Shown piece after piece: positions 27,546 through 35,363 of a DNA stretch of 35,363 bases (position 1 is the first letter of the stretch; each line of letters starts with the position of its first letter). The stretch lies in UHGV virus genome UHGV-0299546, one strand, 5' to 3'. Under the pieces are notes generated by a model. That model had not been told where the DNA came from and ran no database searches. It saw nothing but the letters and a program-made list of their open reading frames with translations. The position numbers and the translations under genes are program-made. This DNA comes from a virus.

Positions 27546-30362
27546 TCAATCTTTATCGTAAAAACTGCCACGCCCGGCACGGGCGCGCCGTTCCATTTCT
27601 GCCCTGACCATTTCACCGACCAGTTTCGCCAGTTCGCGGGGATTCTGTGTAACAACGTTATGCAGATGAACATGAATTTCACCGCCAAATCCGGAGGCAA
27701 CAGGCTCCCGGTTACGGGAAGTTGCAGGAACTGATGCCACTGGAGATCGTATGGCCTCTGCCACCGGGCGGGAGCTGGCCGCAACAACAGGGACCAGCGC
27801 CGGAGGCAGCGGAGCCGGAACCACAGGTGTGATATTAATTGCGGGGGCAGGCTTACTGACCTGCGCAATCTTCCGCTCCTGCCACTCCCCACGAACGGCA
27901 AGTGCGCGGGGCAGGTTCTTAAAGACAATATCGCCGGGGCCAATACGTTTTTTCGTCTCATCAACCAGCTTACCTGTGTTATCAGCAATTTTGCTGAGTC
28001 TGCGTAGCGTACCGGTATTGCTGTCTGTGAGCGGTTTATTGTCTTTGGTTTTATCACCTCCGGTGCCATTGCCATTTTCCGCAGACTTCGGCGGATTGAT
28101 TTTCGCAATGTCTCCCTGAAACAGAGCAACCTTGTCCTGAAGAATGGCCGCACGCTGTGCGTCTTCGATTTTCTTTCTCGCCCTTTCCGCTTCATCCGGA
28201 AGCACACCGAGTTTTTCAAGTATCCACGCCAGCGTATCCAGCAACATTTTTGCGGGCGTCAGAACAAGCTGTAACGCACCGCCAAGAACGTTACCGAATA
28301 TCTCGCCAGCACTGGTACATTTATCCAGCGTTTCCTTGCTGGACTCCATCGGTGACAGCAGCGATTTAAACCAGTTAAACACCTGACTTATCCCGCTTCC
28401 GATTGCGTCAAAAACAGGACCAAACCGTTCAAAGGTTTCGCGTAACGGGGCCAGCCGCTCCATAATCCCGCTGAACACCCCGGCATAAAACGCCTTGATG
28501 GGTTCCCAGTATTTCCAGATGAGAACTGCCGCAGCCACAAACGCAGCAGCAATCAATCCGACCGGGCTGAACAGCGCCCCGATAGCGCCCCCCAGTAACG
28601 AAACGGAACCCGTCACCATTCCCCATAGTGCTGGCAGGAGCCTGACAGCATTCATTGATCCGGTCAGGAGAGAAAAACCAAGACGCAACGTGGCCAGCTT
28701 CCCGTGAAGCACTCCAATAACCAGCGACAACGAGCCAACCGTTGCAGTCATTGCCAGCAGCGCACCGCCTGCTATCAGTAACTGGCGCGTCAGTACCGGA
28801 TGGGCCTGTGCCAGCGCCGTCACCTTTGAGACCACCCGCGTGAGCCACTGCGTGACAGAACGCAGCGGACCATCAATCAGATCTGCAATGCGGATACGCA
28901 GCCCTTCCCATGCACTGCCGAGTGATTTCAGGTCGCCATCAAGGTTATTGGCCATAACCTTTGCCGTGCGTTCAGCCTCACCGCGTGCGCCCTCAAGTTC
29001 TTTTCTCAGTTTGGGCAGGGAGCCGTCACCCGCCGCATCAACGAGAGCCATAAACGACGTGAAAGCCTCTTCCCCGGCAATGTCCTTAAAGAACGATACC
29101 CGGTCAACTTCCCCGTATTTACGGGTGGCTTTATAAAGGTCGGCCAGCACATCTTCCATCGGGCGCATTTTGCCGTTCGCATCAGAGACGGACACACCCA
29201 GCTCTTTCAGCGCTTCTGCTGCCGCCTTTGGCGGTGATGCCAGACGAGCCAGGCTGGCACGCATTGCCGTCCCGGCATCACTCCCTCTGATACCCATATT
29301 CGCCAGCACGCCCGCCATCGCTGCGGCCTGCTCCAGCGATATTCCCAGCTTACCCGCCACCGGACCTGCATATTTCATGGTTTCGCCCAGTGCGCGAAGG
29401 TCAGTGTTAGTACGGGTAAACACTGCTGTAAGCGTGTCACCGACCCGGTCCATCTGGTCAGCGGAGAGGCCGAACTGCGTCAGGATATTTGAGCCAATAT
29501 CTGCCGTCTCGCCAAGGTCCATACCGCCAGCCGTTGCCATGCTCAGCACGCCGGGAAGCGCAGCCTGAATGGCCTGCGGTGTGAAGCCAGCCATTGCCAG
29601 AAATGCCTGCCCACTGGCGGCATCGCCTGCGGTGAACTGCGTTTCAGAGCCAAGTTTTAACGCCTGCTCACGCAGCGCCTTAAACTGCGGGCTGTTTTTG
29701 TCGATTCGCGTCAGTGCCTGAACGCGGGACATCTCTTTCCCGAACCCGATCGCAGGCTGCAAAAAACGCCCGGCAGCATAGCTGCCAGCCGCTGTCGCAC
29801 CAATTGCCAGCGCACCACCTGTTTTCAGTTTTCCCGCGGTTTCCTGCGCGCGCGAATACCGCTCACGCGCACGTGTTACACGCGCAAGCGCCTGCCGTTC
29901 GCGTTCAAGCTGGTTGTTGTACTGTTCGGTGCGTCTGATGGCCTGCTGGATGGTGTTATCGCTGCCTGTCAGGGAAATGCCGTGGCGTTTCAGCTCTCCG
30001 CCAAGCTCCCGCATTTTCTGAATTTCCCGTGTACGCGATTCATTCAGGCGTTCAAGCCGGGTGCTTAACTGCTGCATCAGCTTTTGTTGTTTTTCGCTGA
30101 GCACTGTACCCGTGCGTTGTAACTGATTAAGGGCGTTAAGCTGGCGTCGTGCTTTCACGATGCCCGCATCCGCTTTACTGACAGCGTCACGGGCGCGCTC
30201 AAATGAACGCGCCTGACGCTCGAGATTTTTGATCGCCCCCTGCGTTCGCTGGATGGAGTCACCAAACTGCCCCATCAGGCGGCGGGCGTTTTCGGCAGGC
30301 CGGGTCAGCCTGTCAACGGCGCTGAAAGCGACCCGGATATCAAGAGTCTTCATTGTCTGCAT
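27546..30362 (-). CDS. T: Tail tape measure protein gpT
   Basis: ~940 aa, Ala/Gly-rich with coiled-coil N-terminus and hydrophobic central region; start set at ATG 30362 (GTG 30389 or ATG 30353 possible); overlaps the end of E'. Confidence 0.9.
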   Translation of the reverse strand: MQTMKTLDIRVAFSAVDRLTRPAENARRLMGQFGDSIQRTQGAIKNLERQARSFERARDAVSKADAGIVKARRQLNALNQLQRTGTVLSEKQQKLMQQLSTRLERLNESRTREIQKMRELGGELKRHGISLTGSDNTIQQAIRRTEQYNNQLERERQALARVTRARERYSRAQETAGKLKTGGALAIGATAAGSYAAGRFLQPAIGFGKEMSRVQALTRIDKNSPQFKALREQALKLGSETQFTAGDAASGQAFLAMAGFTPQAIQAALPGVLSMATAGGMDLGETADIGSNILTQFGLSADQMDRVGDTLTAVFTRTNTDLRALGETMKYAGPVAGKLGISLEQAAAMAGVLANMGIRGSDAGTAMRASLARLASPPKAAAEALKELGVSVSDANGKMRPMEDVLADLYKATRKYGEVDRVSFFKDIAGEEAFTSFMALVDAAGDGSLPKLRKELEGARGEAERTAKVMANNLDGDLKSLGSAWEGLRIRIADLIDGPLRSVTQWLTRVVSKVTALAQAHPVLTRQLLIAGGALLAMTATVGSLSLVIGVLHGKLATLRLGFSLLTGSMNAVRLLPALWGMVTGSVSLLGGAIGALFSPVGLIAAAFVAAAVLIWKYWEPIKAFYAGVFSGIMERLAPLRETFERFGPVFDAIGSGISQVFNWFKSLLSPMESSKETLDKCTSAGEIFGNVLGGALQLVLTPAKMLLDTLAWILEKLGVLPDEAERARKKIEDAQRAAILQDKVALFQGDIAKINPPKSAENGNGTGGDKTKDNKPLTDSNTGTLRRLSKIADNTGKLVDETKKRIGPGDIVFKNLPRALAVRGEWQERKIAQVSKPAPAINITPVVPAPLPPALVPVVAASSRPVAEAIRSPVASVPATSRNREPVASGFGGEIHVHLHNVVTQNPRELAKLVGEMVRAEMERRARAGRGSFYDKD

Positions 30363-30869
30363 TCCCGCTGCGAAGTGCCGCCCGCTCACGCCAGCTAACC
30401 ACTTCGCCGGGCGTCATCATGAAGATTTCGGCGGGCGACCAGTTAAAAATAACGGCAATATCTGCCACAAAGTCTTCTATGTGCTCAAAGCACACAACCG
30501 TGATCAGGCTTCCGTCGCCTGTTCGTTCTTCCCGCCAGAGTCCGCACCGCTCAAAAAATTTACGGCAACCACACATAACTGAATAAAGTCACAGGATGCC
30601 ATTTTTTTGATCGTCACTTCATCCAGTCGCGGTGATGTCACGCGTGACAGCAGCGTAAACATGGATTCCGCTTTCAGATTCAGCACATCAGACAGCGACA
30701 AATCTCGCAGAGATCCAGCCTGCTCAATAGCTCCGGTGATCTCCACATACGTGATTTTTTCGCCGCTTCGCTCAATTGGTTGGGTAAGTTTTACGCCACG
30801 CTCACTGGTTTCTTTCACAGTGTCAGCAACGACCGTGTTTTCGTTATCGATGTTTTTCGTCTCTTTCAT
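30340..30869 (-). CDS. gpE+E' fusion made by programmed -1 ribosomal frameshift (about 175 aa)
   Basis: The E frame contains the heptamer T_TTT_TTG (minus strand, 30558 to 30552); the -1 frame is open from there to the stop at 30340; same arrangement as lambda G/GT and P2 E/E'. Confidence 0.6.
30504..30869 (-). CDS. E: Tail assembly chaperone gpE
   Basis: VTSPRLDE...FLSG resembles P2 E. Confidence 0.85.
   Translation of the reverse strand: MKETKNIDNENTVVADTVKETSERGVKLTQPIERSGEKITYVEITGAIEQAGSLRDLSLSDVLNLKAESMFTLLSRVTSPRLDEVTIKKMASCDFIQLCVVAVNFLSGADSGGKNEQATEA
30552..30558 (-). other. Slippery heptamer T_TTT_TTG for the E to E' -1 frameshift
   Basis: Hand-translated: zero frame ...V N F L S G..., -1 frame ...F F E R C G L W... 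Confidence 0.6.
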
Positions 30870-30923
30870 CAGGAAACTCCTTTCAGTCAGAGGCGACGCA
30901 CTGCGCCGCCTGCATATTACTTA

Positions 30924-31436
30924 TCAGCCAAGCCCAAGCGCGGAACGGATGCGATCGGGCACAATGTCCTTGCCGTCCTTCCGGTAAATGAAGTTCAGCA
31001 GGTCAATCTCCCACAACGGGCGATCGTTAACACTCAGCTTGTAGTAGGTGTTTTTAATGGCGTAAGTGTGTGATGTGGCTTCGCCCTGTTTGGCTTCCCC
31101 CATATCAATTTCCGTCACACGTCCGCGCATTTCGACTTCATACAGGTCGCTTTCTGCATCGGTGTAGTATTCACCCGCAAAACGCAGCAGCGTGCCGTCA
31201 ATCGTGCCGCCATACTTAAGGAACAGCTCACGAACTGCGCCCCCCATGACAAAGCTCGCATCAAGCGCGGAGTCGTCCAGACCGAGATCAATACTTACCG
31301 CACCCATCATGCCGCCCCCCCGGTAGCTGTCGGTTTTGCGCGTCAGTTTGGGCAGAGTGACGGACGTCACCTTACCCACTTCGTTTTCACCATCCACAAA
31401 CAGCGTAAAAAAGCGAAGATGTTTTGGCACAGCCAT
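30924..31436 (-). CDS. FII: Tail tube protein gpFII
   Basis: 170 aa, P2 FII-like by length and position. Confidence 0.92.
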   Translation of the reverse strand: MAVPKHLRFFTLFVDGENEVGKVTSVTLPKLTRKTDSYRGGGMMGAVSIDLGLDDSALDASFVMGGAVRELFLKYGGTIDGTLLRFAGEYYTDAESDLYEVEMRGRVTEIDMGEAKQGEATSHTYAIKNTYYKLSVNDRPLWEIDLLNFIYRKDGKDIVPDRIRSALGLG

Positions 31437-32620
31437 CAGGCACCTCCCAGCACCGCAAATGCGGGTTCAAAGTATTCATCAGTAAACGTCTGGTAAAGCT
31501 CCATGTCTTCCAGTGGCGGAACGGGCGTATATTTGTAGCGAATACGCACACGCCCCTGACGTAAATCCGTGGTGCTGTTATCCACCACGTCATACCAGCA
31601 CTCCGCACCAATCAGTTTCCCGGCAGTAACCAGTGAATCCAGTTTTGCCCTGATGGCACTGATAACATCCTTCACGTTCGCAGGCGTCAGTGGACTGTCG
31701 ATGGTTTCAAACTGCGCTTCCGCAATTGAATCAGCCAGCACCTGTGCGGTTCGGGTATACACCTCAAAGATGTAGGCGTTCGTTTCCGGTGTGCGGTTGC
31801 CCCAGAAGCGGAACCCGTTGCGACGAATAATGGTCGTGATTTCTTTGTTGTTAAGGCTGTTGGCATCACTGTCTTCGGCCTGCAACGACCAGAACACATG
31901 CCTGGACATCCCCAGCACATTTTTAACCGGAACGTTGGACAGCGATTTGTGCCAGCCCTGCTCATGGTCAATGTACGCACGAAGGCCGCACGCATAGGCA
32001 GGCGCGGGGAACGTTTCGTTTTTGCCACTTTTCGGGTTGTAGGCGATGAAGTCCGGCCATAAGAGCATCACCTCACGTTCGTTGAATTTCTGGCGGTAGG
32101 TAATCGCCTCAGCCATCGTGTTACAGCCGTGACATGAGGCATACACAAACGCGCGCAGTTTACCCGCAATCACGCACAGGGATTTTGTTACCGCCTCCGT
32201 GTCCAGCTCCGGCGCGGCCAGAATACGCGGACGGTATCCGATGCTTTCATCCTGCTCTGCAACAAGCAGCGCATACATCCCCGTATAGCTGCCGTCAGAT
32301 TCAGAACCACCGATAACCAGTTGATCCTGCGTTTTTCCGTCTTCTTCTTTGTGTTCAGCCACGCGAACGACGATCACCTTTGTGCTCACCTGGTCTGCGA
32401 TGGCCTTAAGCGCACGATAAAGCGTCCCCGTTGTCCCGCATTTTCCCAGCACGTCATTGACGCGGGTCAGCAGTGTGGGCTTGTTCAGCGGGAACAGCTT
32501 CGCGTCCGCATCATCCGCCGTTGCCACGATACCGATAACGCTGGAATCAACATCGTTAATCGCTGTTACCAGGTCGGTATTTTCCGTAACACGGGCACCA
32601 TGAAAACGAGTTTCACTCAT
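31436..32620 (-). CDS. FI: Tail sheath protein gpFI
   Basis: 394 aa; resembles P2 FI in several blocks (FPLNKP, KLRAF, WPDF, QGWHK.LSNV, RRNGFRFWGNRT, YTRTAQV, YTPVPPLE). Confidence 0.95.
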   Translation of the reverse strand: MSETRFHGARVTENTDLVTAINDVDSSVIGIVATADDADAKLFPLNKPTLLTRVNDVLGKCGTTGTLYRALKAIADQVSTKVIVVRVAEHKEEDGKTQDQLVIGGSESDGSYTGMYALLVAEQDESIGYRPRILAAPELDTEAVTKSLCVIAGKLRAFVYASCHGCNTMAEAITYRQKFNEREVMLLWPDFIAYNPKSGKNETFPAPAYACGLRAYIDHEQGWHKSLSNVPVKNVLGMSRHVFWSLQAEDSDANSLNNKEITTIIRRNGFRFWGNRTPETNAYIFEVYTRTAQVLADSIAEAQFETIDSPLTPANVKDVISAIRAKLDSLVTAGKLIGAECWYDVVDNSTTDLRQGRVRIRYKYTPVPPLEDMELYQTFTDEYFEPAFAVLGGA

Positions 32621-32777
32621 AGCTTCAGCCCCTTGTATCCGTTAAATGATTCGGCAACAATCATCACCCACCACGCGCGCAATCTCACCCCTGCGCCATT
32701 CTCCCGCCACGGCGACAACAAAAAGCAGTAACCCCCTCCGCACGCACATGCGACCATGCCACACAGGGAGGGAGCAG

Positions 32778-33887
32778 ATGACCGACACCACCATGCAATT
32801 GCTCAGTCAGGGCACAGACCCCGTGAAAATGCCGGATTTTGATATTCTCGCGGAGGGTAAAACGCTGTCAGGCGTGGCAGAACGCCTGATGAGCCTGTCA
32901 CTGACCGACAACCGGGGATTTGAGGCGGACCAGCTCACCATCATGCTGGATGATGCGGATGGTCAGTTGCAGCTACCGCAACGGGGCGCGCGCCTGACGG
33001 TTCTCATTGGCTGGAAGGGAGAACCGCTGACAGAAAAAGGCACTTACATTGTTGATGAAATCGCTCACGAAGGACCGCCGGACAGGCTGACTGTTTCAGC
33101 CAGAAGCGCAGATTTTCGGGATGAATTTAACGTTAAACGTGAGGTGTCCTGGCATGATGTGACCGTTGAGCGTGTGGTATCCGCCATCGCTCATCGGTAT
33201 GGTCTGAAACCGCAAATCAGCGAAATGCTGATGGATATCGAAATCGACCACGCCGACCAGACCGAAGAAAGCGACATGTCCTTCCTTACGCGCATGGCGG
33301 AAATGCTGGGCGCAATCACCACGGTAAAAAGCGGCAATCTGTTATTCATCATGCCAGGTGGTGGCGTGAACGCACAGGGCCAGCCGTTGCCCTCGTTCGC
33401 CATTACACGCAGCAGCGGCGATCGCCATCAGTTCCGCATTGCTGACCGCGAAGCGTATACGGGGGTACGCGCCTACTGGCTTGATCTTAATTACGGGAAA
33501 AAGAAAAAAGTCAGCGTGAAACGCCGTAAACCGCCAAAACCCAAAAAGGAGAAAAGCAGCAGCCGTGAAGGTGATTATATGGAAGGCGCGGAAGGCAATG
33601 TGTTTGTGTTACGCAAGACTTATCAGAACGAGCAGGCAGCAAGACGCGCAGCGGCGGCAAAGTGGCAGCAACTACAACGCGGAGCCGCATCATTCTCCAT
33701 CACGCTGGCGCGTGGACGTGCAGAACTCTACCCCGAAATGCATGGCACGGTAACAGGATTTAAAAGCGAGATTGATAATCAGGACTGGATCATTGCAAAA
33801 GCCGAGCACACCATTGATAACAGCGGCTTTACCACGCAGCTTGAGCTTGAGGCAAAAATCCCGGAATGGATAGCGGAAACAGAGTGA
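32778..33887 (+). CDS. D: Tail protein gpD
   Basis: ATG 32778 with GGGAGGGAG RBS; P2 D-like by length and position. Confidence 0.88.
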   Translation: MTDTTMQLLSQGTDPVKMPDFDILAEGKTLSGVAERLMSLSLTDNRGFEADQLTIMLDDADGQLQLPQRGARLTVLIGWKGEPLTEKGTYIVDEIAHEGPPDRLTVSARSADFRDEFNVKREVSWHDVTVERVVSAIAHRYGLKPQISEMLMDIEIDHADQTEESDMSFLTRMAEMLGAITTVKSGNLLFIMPGGGVNAQGQPLPSFAITRSSGDRHQFRIADREAYTGVRAYWLDLNYGKKKKVSVKRRKPPKPKKEKSSSREGDYMEGAEGNVFVLRKTYQNEQAARRAAAAKWQQLQRGAASFSITLARGRAELYPEMHGTVTGFKSEIDNQDWIIAKAEHTIDNSGFTTQLELEAKIPEWIAETE

Positions 33888-33929
33888 GCAACTTAGAATA
33901 GCGGCAGCACCACGTTAAGGGAGGTCGCT

Positions 33930-34190
33930 ATGTTCCGTTGTCCGCTTTGTGGCGCATCTGCCCGTATCCGCACCAGTCGTCCGGAAAATGATTCAAACAC
34001 CGTGCGGCAAAAGTATTACCAGTGTAACAATCTGGAATGCGGCGTATGCTTCTCAACACTGGAAGCTTTCCATAAATTCACATCAAAACACGCCTCCGGC
34101 GTTCACTCATCAGAAGGTATCCCGTGGCATGATCTGCCAGCTTCACACAGGGGAAACAATCAGATGAGTTTGCCTTTATCTCAGAATTAA
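33930..34190 (+). CDS. ogr: Late transcription activator, Ogr/Delta zinc-finger family
   Basis: MFRCPLCGASARIRTSR...YYQCNNLECGVCF resembles P2 Ogr, including the four Cys ligands. Confidence 0.88.
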   Translation: MFRCPLCGASARIRTSRPENDSNTVRQKYYQCNNLECGVCFSTLEAFHKFTSKHASGVHSSEGIPWHDLPASHRGNNQMSLPLSQN

Positions 34191-34199
34191 CAGGCAGAA

Positions 34200-34228
34200 T
34201 TGCCGGAGTAACAAAAAAGCGATAGATT
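34200..34228 (+). promoter_or_regulatory. Candidate sigma70 promoter for the mok/hok-like locus
   Basis: TTGCCG (34200-34205), 17-bp spacer, TAGATT (34223-34228). Confidence 0.3.
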
Positions 34229-34250
34229 ACGCGCGGGTGCCTTTCGGCTG

Positions 34251-34463
34251 ATGGTCGGAGGGAATACCCGAAGGCCGGATGTGGAAAGGCCCCGGAAAAC
34301 ATATCTGTTTAACCGAGGCCCTAACCGCATTACCTTGACAAGTGAAAGGTTAGCGCCTCTCCGGAAAAGGAGCAAGTGCTATGTCGCAAAAATCGCTTAC
34401 GGCCATCACGTTCTGCGTGACGGCAATCCTCATCATCTGGATGCTGCACGGTTCGCTGTGTGA
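34251..34463 (+). CDS. mok-like overlapping reading frame (70 aa)
   Basis: ORF starting upstream of, and overlapping, the hok-like gene in another frame, as in hok/mok/sok loci. Confidence 0.35.
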   Translation: MVGGNTRRPDVERPRKTYLFNRGPNRITLTSERLAPLRKRSKCYVAKIAYGHHVLRDGNPHHLDAARFAV

Positions 34464-34521
34464 AATACGGATGAGTTTCTGGGGAGCGGAGTTTGCGGCG
34501 TTCTTACAGTGTAAGCAGTAA
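34381..34521 (+). CDS. hok: Hok/Gef-family type I toxin (46 aa)
   Basis: Hand-translated MSQKSLTAITFCVTAILIIWMLHGSLCEIRMSFWGAEFAAFLQCKQ: transmembrane helix, then SLCEI and AAFLxCK motifs as in HokA; AAGGAG RBS 7 nt upstream. Confidence 0.7.
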   Translation: MSQKSLTAITFCVTAILIIWMLHGSLCEIRMSFWGAEFAAFLQCKQ

Positions 34522-34610
34522 GGAAACCGCGACGGGGGAGCAATCCCCCGTCAATCGGTTGCCAGGGTAAGGTCGATAAGGTACCCTATCTCACAGACAC
34601 GAACAACAAA

Positions 34611-34632
34611 CCCGCAGCGTAAAGACTGCGGG
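34611..34632 (+). terminator. Intrinsic terminator after the hok-like gene
   Basis: CCCGCAG-CGTAAAGA-CTGCGGG followed by a T-rich tract. Confidence 0.55.
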
Positions 34633-34633
34633 T

Positions 34634-34669
<36 letters not shown>

Positions 34670-34674
34670 AACAA

Positions 34675-34698
34675 AATAGTTAATTAAAATTAACTATT
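34675..34698. repeat. Perfect 11-bp inverted repeat AATAGTTAATT-aa-AATTAACTATT
   Basis: Overlaps the stop codon of the minus-strand ORF; AT-rich palindrome. Confidence 0.7.
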
Positions 34699-34971
34699 AT
34701 GCTCTTGTCTCCATTGCCTAACCATTTCATCAGTAACATCACTCGCATAACAAATCACGTTATATCCTCCGCTACGGCTGTACGCACTACGCCCACCGCA
34801 TCGACTTCCATTTCTTGCATGATTATAAGGGCATGCACAATTTCCGGGATAAGATTCAATAGATTCCCTGATTATTTCTTGTTTAATTTGACTGTCAGAT
34901 TTATTAGTCTTTGCGTACCCCAACACAGACACAAAACAAAGACACATCCCAATAAAAATTTTAACTTTCAT
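34690..34971 (-). CDS. Small signal-peptide protein (93 aa), AT-rich moron-like gene
   Basis: ATG 34971 with AGGGAG RBS; N-terminal MKVKIFIGMCLCFVSVLGYA signal-like segment; Cys/Gly-rich mature part. Confidence 0.55.
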   Translation of the reverse strand: MKVKIFIGMCLCFVSVLGYAKTNKSDSQIKQEIIRESIESYPGNCACPYNHARNGSRCGGRSAYSRSGGYNVICYASDVTDEMVRQWRQEHNS

Positions 34972-35243
34972 ATAAAGCTCCCTGTTAAAAACCAGCAATA
35001 AAATTACTACCAAGTAGTAATGGGAATTTCTGGAACAAAGATCACAAAACAAAACAGCTAATATAAAAGCTATATAATTTTTAATTCCTATAGAAAAAGC
35101 CCAACAACCACGCGACGACACCAAGCAGCCATCACCACATAAACAAAGCCCGCATTAAACAGTGCGGGCTTTAAATCGCTATGGCAATAAGTGGACAACA
35201 CAAAAAATAATCCATTATTTTTCATTGTGTTATGCGGATTTTC

Positions 35244-35273
35244 GCGCCACCCGAAGGTGGCGTGCTTTTATTA
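35244..35273 (+). terminator. Hairpin GCGCCACC-CGAA-GGTGGCG followed by a T-rich tract; contains the right copy of the 15-bp repeat (candidate attR core)
   Basis: Stem-loop 35244-35261, then TGCTTTTATTATT. Confidence 0.4.
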
Positions 35274-35363
35274 TTACTTATCCCTGTCTAACCAGTCGCC
35301 GCTTTCAATTAGCTTTAATCCATCGACGGGTCGTTGATAAACGTACATCCATGCACTCCCGTA

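Noticed and set aside
27751-29568. Plus-strand ORFs of 80-130 aa inside the tape measure gene
   Set aside because: Antisense to the minus-strand T gene; Ala/Ser/Pro-rich shadow frames.
30602-30608. Poly-A heptamer in E as the frameshift site
   Set aside because: Hand translation shows the -1 frame has a TGA at 30589-30591 just downstream, so shifting here would terminate at once; the real site is T_TTT_TTG at 30552-30558.

Overview
The window is essentially one complete P2-like (Peduovirus-type) temperate prophage of an enterobacterial host, running from an integrase-proximal end (~180) to a right end near 35260. All gene calls rest on reading the supplied six-frame translations against remembered P2-family proteins and motifs; no database search was run. 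Gene order is int - C repressor - cox - a block of small early ORFs - replication initiator A - [cargo] - (cos region) - Q/P - O/N/M/L - X/holin/endolysin/LysB/LysC - R/S - V/W/J/I - tail fibre H/G - [invertase remnant] - U/T/E+E'/FII/FI (all on the minus strand) - D - ogr - hok-like toxin - small secreted protein. The most interesting part is an AT-rich two-gene insertion exactly at the known P2 accessory hotspot between A and the portal gene: an AAA+ ATPase (Walker A GPPGVGKT) followed 23 bp later by a 741-aa subtilisin-like S8 serine protease (catalytic D279/H311/S499) with a ~265-aa uncharacterised N-terminal domain. This ATPase+S8 architecture is what I recall for the IetAS anti-phage system (Gao et al. 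2020), but I cannot confirm family membership from sequence alone; it is either an IetAS-like system or a new ATPase-protease defence pair. Other notable points: the tail sheath-to-U block (FI-FII-E/E'-T-U) lies on the opposite strand to the rest of the late genes and to D/ogr, unlike canonical P2 as I remember it; the second hotspot after G holds only a start-less serine-invertase C-terminal fragment; a textbook -1 frameshift heptamer T_TTT_TTG joins E to E'; a hok/mok-like type I toxin and an AT-rich signal-peptide ORF sit between ogr and the right end; a 15-bp direct repeat lies near both window ends (candidate att core); and a structured non-coding stretch at 5071-5390 precedes a small ORF. 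No rRNA, tRNA or CRISPR array was seen.
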